Of a stretch of 64,000 bases of DNA, positions 60,764-64,000 are shown piece by piece. Position 1 is the first letter of the stretch; every line of letters begins with the position of its first letter. The notes beneath the pieces were generated by a model. That model did not search any database and was not told where the DNA came from. It worked only from the letters and a program-made list of their open reading frames with translations. The translations under genes were made by a program, and so were the position numbers. This DNA is from Macrostomum hystrix (taxonomy: Eukaryota > Animalia > Platyhelminthes): contig CATNEN010000031.1 in assembly GCA_950097015.1 (NCBI GenBank), positions 2,480,001-2,544,000 of the forward strand. The letters run 5' to 3'.

Positions 60764-61424
60764 TGATCTACTCGTCATTGCCGCCTAGTCGGCTCCTAGT
60801 CTGCTCCTAGTCTGGTGAAAGTGGATGCAACAGACAATAAAATGACTGTTCTGAATAGCTGCAATCGCTTGAACGATGAATAGCTGAAAAGCTTATGTGA
60901 AATCTTGCTTTAGAAATAGGCATTCCTTGGCTTGCGCAGAATCCCAACCACCGTTTGGCCAGCGGTTTTATCGGACAGTTTCGAAATATCAGATCAATGA
61001 TGCCATTGACGCCCCTGTGTTCGTCTGTCGTCTTTCCCTTTTGCTGCATTGAATTTCCTATCTGCGCTTGCATCGCTACCCGGGTTTAGTTGGCGCATTC
61101 TTCTCTGACCTAAAAATAGAATTAATCCTTTTTCATGGAACTGGCAGCCGACTGGGACAATAACAATTCGCCAGCCCCTCCCACCGTGCTATTTCTGGCA
61201 GTGCAACAACACGCGCATTCAGTGCAGTTTCCAAGCGTTGGCCCATTGTAGCTTGCCTCTCATCTGCTCTTCCTTATACTCACTAAAGCGGTAATCACTG
61301 AATAGAAAATCATATTTTCCTTGTCCTTCATGCTTTCTACTCTGATCCGTGGACAGTCGGAAAAAAGTTTTTCTCGGGTCTAGGTAGAATACTAAATACC
61401 ACTGCGGGTCGGATTGCCAGTTGG

Positions 61425-62075
61425 AGAGATGAGACAGGGGAGAGATGAGACAGGAAACAAATGAGACAGGGGAGAGATGATACACTGAAGAGATAAGACA
61501 GGAGAGAAATGAGACACGGAGAGAAATGAGACAGTGGAGAGATGAGACAGTGGAGAGATGAGACAGTGGAGAGATGAGACAGTGGAGAGATGAGACAGTG
61601 GAGAGATGAGACAGGAGAGAAATGAGACACGGAGAGAGATGAGACAGTGGAGAGATGAGACAGTGGAGAGATGAGACAGTGGAGAGATGAGACAGGAGAG
61701 AAATGAGACACGGAGAGAGATGAGACAGTGGAGAGATGAGACAGTGGAGAGATGAGACAGGGTAAGATGAGACAAAAGAGAGATGAGACAGTGGAGAGAT
61801 GAGACAGGAGAGAAATGAGACACGGGGAGAGATGAAACAGTCGGAGAGATGAGACAGGGAGAGATGAGACAAAAGAGAGATGAGACAGGGAGAGATGAGA
61901 CAAAAGAGAGATGAGACAGGGAGAGATGAGACAAAAGAGAGATGAGACAAAAGAGAGATGAGACAGGGAGAGATGAGACACTGAAGAGATGAGACAGGTG
62001 AGATGAGACAGGGAGAGATGAGACACTGAAGAGATGAGACAGGAGAGAGATGAAGGGTAGAGATGAGACGAGACG
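61425..62075 (+). repeat. ~16-bp purine-rich minisatellite AGAGATGAGACAGTGG
   Basis: Direct reading; source of the CLISPLSHLS pseudo-ORFs. Confidence 0.92.
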
Positions 62076-63054
62076 GTGGTGAGATGGGATAGGGGAGAGT
62101 ACGTGATGGAAGGTGCCAGGGGGCTGCAAGTTCTGAGGGCCGCTCCTGTATCGCATGCCGGGGCTCCCTACAACAGTCCCGCCTGTACCGCGAGGGTGCA
62201 GATGAAGCCAGAGGTTCAGGACCCGGGGATCTGTGATGCCTAATCGCCACCCGGCTCATTTCCGCGGTTCTCGAACGTCTGTAGGGCTCTGTCTGCCTCT
62301 CTCTGTCTCTCTGGCTTGGACAGGATGGGATTTCTCGGGCAGTTTTTAGGGATCAGGAGCGGCAGCGAACGGAAATCGTAGCGAAGCGAGCTTGATGTCG
62401 GGTAAGTCGAGTGGAACCTTGGCCTCACGCGTTGGGGAGTTTTTCGCTTCGTATCGGATACGCCATGGGGAGTGAACAGGGAACTTTAAGCCGGGACATA
62501 AACAATGCGTTGACAAACCGATCCGCACAACTCTGCATTTGCTGCCCCCCGCCCCCAGCTACAGTAACCTCCTTTACTGCGGTTTTAGTTGTTAGACAAC
62601 CGTTTAGGCTATCGTTTGCGACGCTGCGAACTTCGTTTAGGAATTGCAACGGACCCTTGCGCTTCTGCGTTGCCGCTGCTGCTGTTGCCGCTGCTATTGC
62701 GTGCTGGTGATTCTGTTTTCTAGCCGGGCAAAACACACCGCACTGTGACATTTTCCAAGGCCGAGTCCCTTGCGGAATATCCATCTTTTGATTGCTGCTG
62801 CTGCTGCTTGACCCCTGTGTGTTTTTCTCTGGTCTGTCATTTTGTTTCAATTTCACTTTTTCCGAATGCTGAAACTGGCCACTCCTGTTTTATTGTCTAT
62901 TTTTGGATGACTAAATATTGAAAACTGTATTTTGGAAGGAATGTGGGGAATCGACTGGACGCAATGGACCGAATGTAATTAGCTGAATAAAAATGATTAA
63001 AGGAAATTTATCAGCTTAACTAACTGGAGTCATCTGCCTGGAATCGATTTTATC

Positions 63055-63545
63055 GGCTGAAAGGAATGGACTGAAAGGAATGGACTGAAGGGAATCGACT
63101 GAAGGGAATCGACTGAAAGGAATCGACTGAAGGGAATCGACTGAAAGGAATCGACTGAAGGGAATCGACTGAAAGGGAATTAAAAGAAGAAAATCGACTG
63201 AAAGAAATTGACTGAAGAGAATAGACTGAAGGAATCGACTGAAGGAATCGACTGAAAGGGAATTAACTGAAGGGAATCGACTGATAGAATCGACTGAAAA
63301 AATCGACTGAAGAGAATAGACTGAAGGAATCGACTGAAGAGAATCGACTGAAGAGAATAGACTGAAGGAATCGACTGAAGAGAATAGACTGAAGAAATCG
63401 ACTGATAGAATCGACTGAAAAAATCGACTGAAGAGAATAGACTGAAGGAATCGACTGAAGAGAATAGACTGAAAGAAATCGACTGAAGGGAATCGACTGA
63501 AGGGAATCGACTGAAGGGAATCGACTGAAGGGAATTGACTAATGA
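63055..63545 (+). repeat. ~13-16-bp minisatellite GAATCGACTGAAGG
   Basis: Direct reading. Confidence 0.92.
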
Positions 63546-64000
63546 GAATCAGCAGAAAGGATTTGCCAGAATAGTGTCAGACAGACCGCCTAAACGAATG
63601 GGCTTCATATTCGGCAGGTTAAATTGCTTTCAGATGTATTCATTACTGTAAAGTGCAAAGAAATTGCATGCCGGAAATTAGTTTTTTAATATTTGTTATA
63701 TCTGTTATATATTTGCATATTTTGCTTCCAAGTTTATCACTCAAATAATATGTGGGTTCTCTCTCTTTCTCAATTTCTGAAGATGAAGCCAAAAACTCGC
63801 AGAAATTTGCTTCATAAAGGAAACGATAAACAATGCAAACAATAAAAATAAATAAACAAACGAACAGACAGGCGGACAAACAAACAACAACTAGCAAGGT
63901 TGAAAGTGGACTGGGGTGTGGGAAATGAGGTTTAAGCTCTTGCAGGTTGTGCTCTGTGTGTGTGGCTTGTACAATAATAACAGTACAAATTATCAAACAG

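Noticed and set aside
44849-62259. Other repeat ORFs (HSFHSVTP, TSEY, RKFGNRKV, QMNVRSQC, IPLPESQL, CLISPLSH)
   Set aside because: Each maps onto a minisatellite or low-complexity tract listed above.
62425-62856. 143-aa minus-strand ORF with Ser/Ala/Gly runs
   Set aside because: Could be an exon, but I see no recognisable domain or convincing splice partner, so it is not called.

Overview
Eukaryotic (animal) genomic DNA dominated by transposons and minisatellites. Spliceosomal introns and GC-rich, CAG-rich exons among dense 8-48 bp tandem arrays would fit an invertebrate such as a Macrostomum-type flatworm, but the host is only an inference. In order: (1) 1-~3600, a non-LTR retrotransposon with the ORF1 tail and an uninterrupted APE-endonuclease/RT ORF2. 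(2) 3801-7557, a foldback-type element with ~750-880 bp terminal inverted repeats and a 7-bp TSD; it contains no transposase, only one Gypsy-type LTR, a tRNA-His primer-binding site and an intact gag cut just after a G GGA AAC slippery site. (3) 7849-38446, four non-autonomous Helitrons head-to-tail in a single A|T site, each carrying satellite arrays; one 23-bp array is ~17 kb and holds a young tRNA-derived SINE with a 15-bp TSD. (4) A complete 4-exon TMEM222/RTE1-like gene on the minus strand (39252-42259) with SINEs and MITEs in or near its introns. (5) A probable 2-exon orphan gene on the plus strand (43924-44848). (6) ~45-64 kb, a run of minisatellite arrays, some sharing cores, separated by short unique islands. 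Most long ORFs in the supplied track are translations of tandem repeats. Array boundaries were read by eye and are approximate to about 10 bp.
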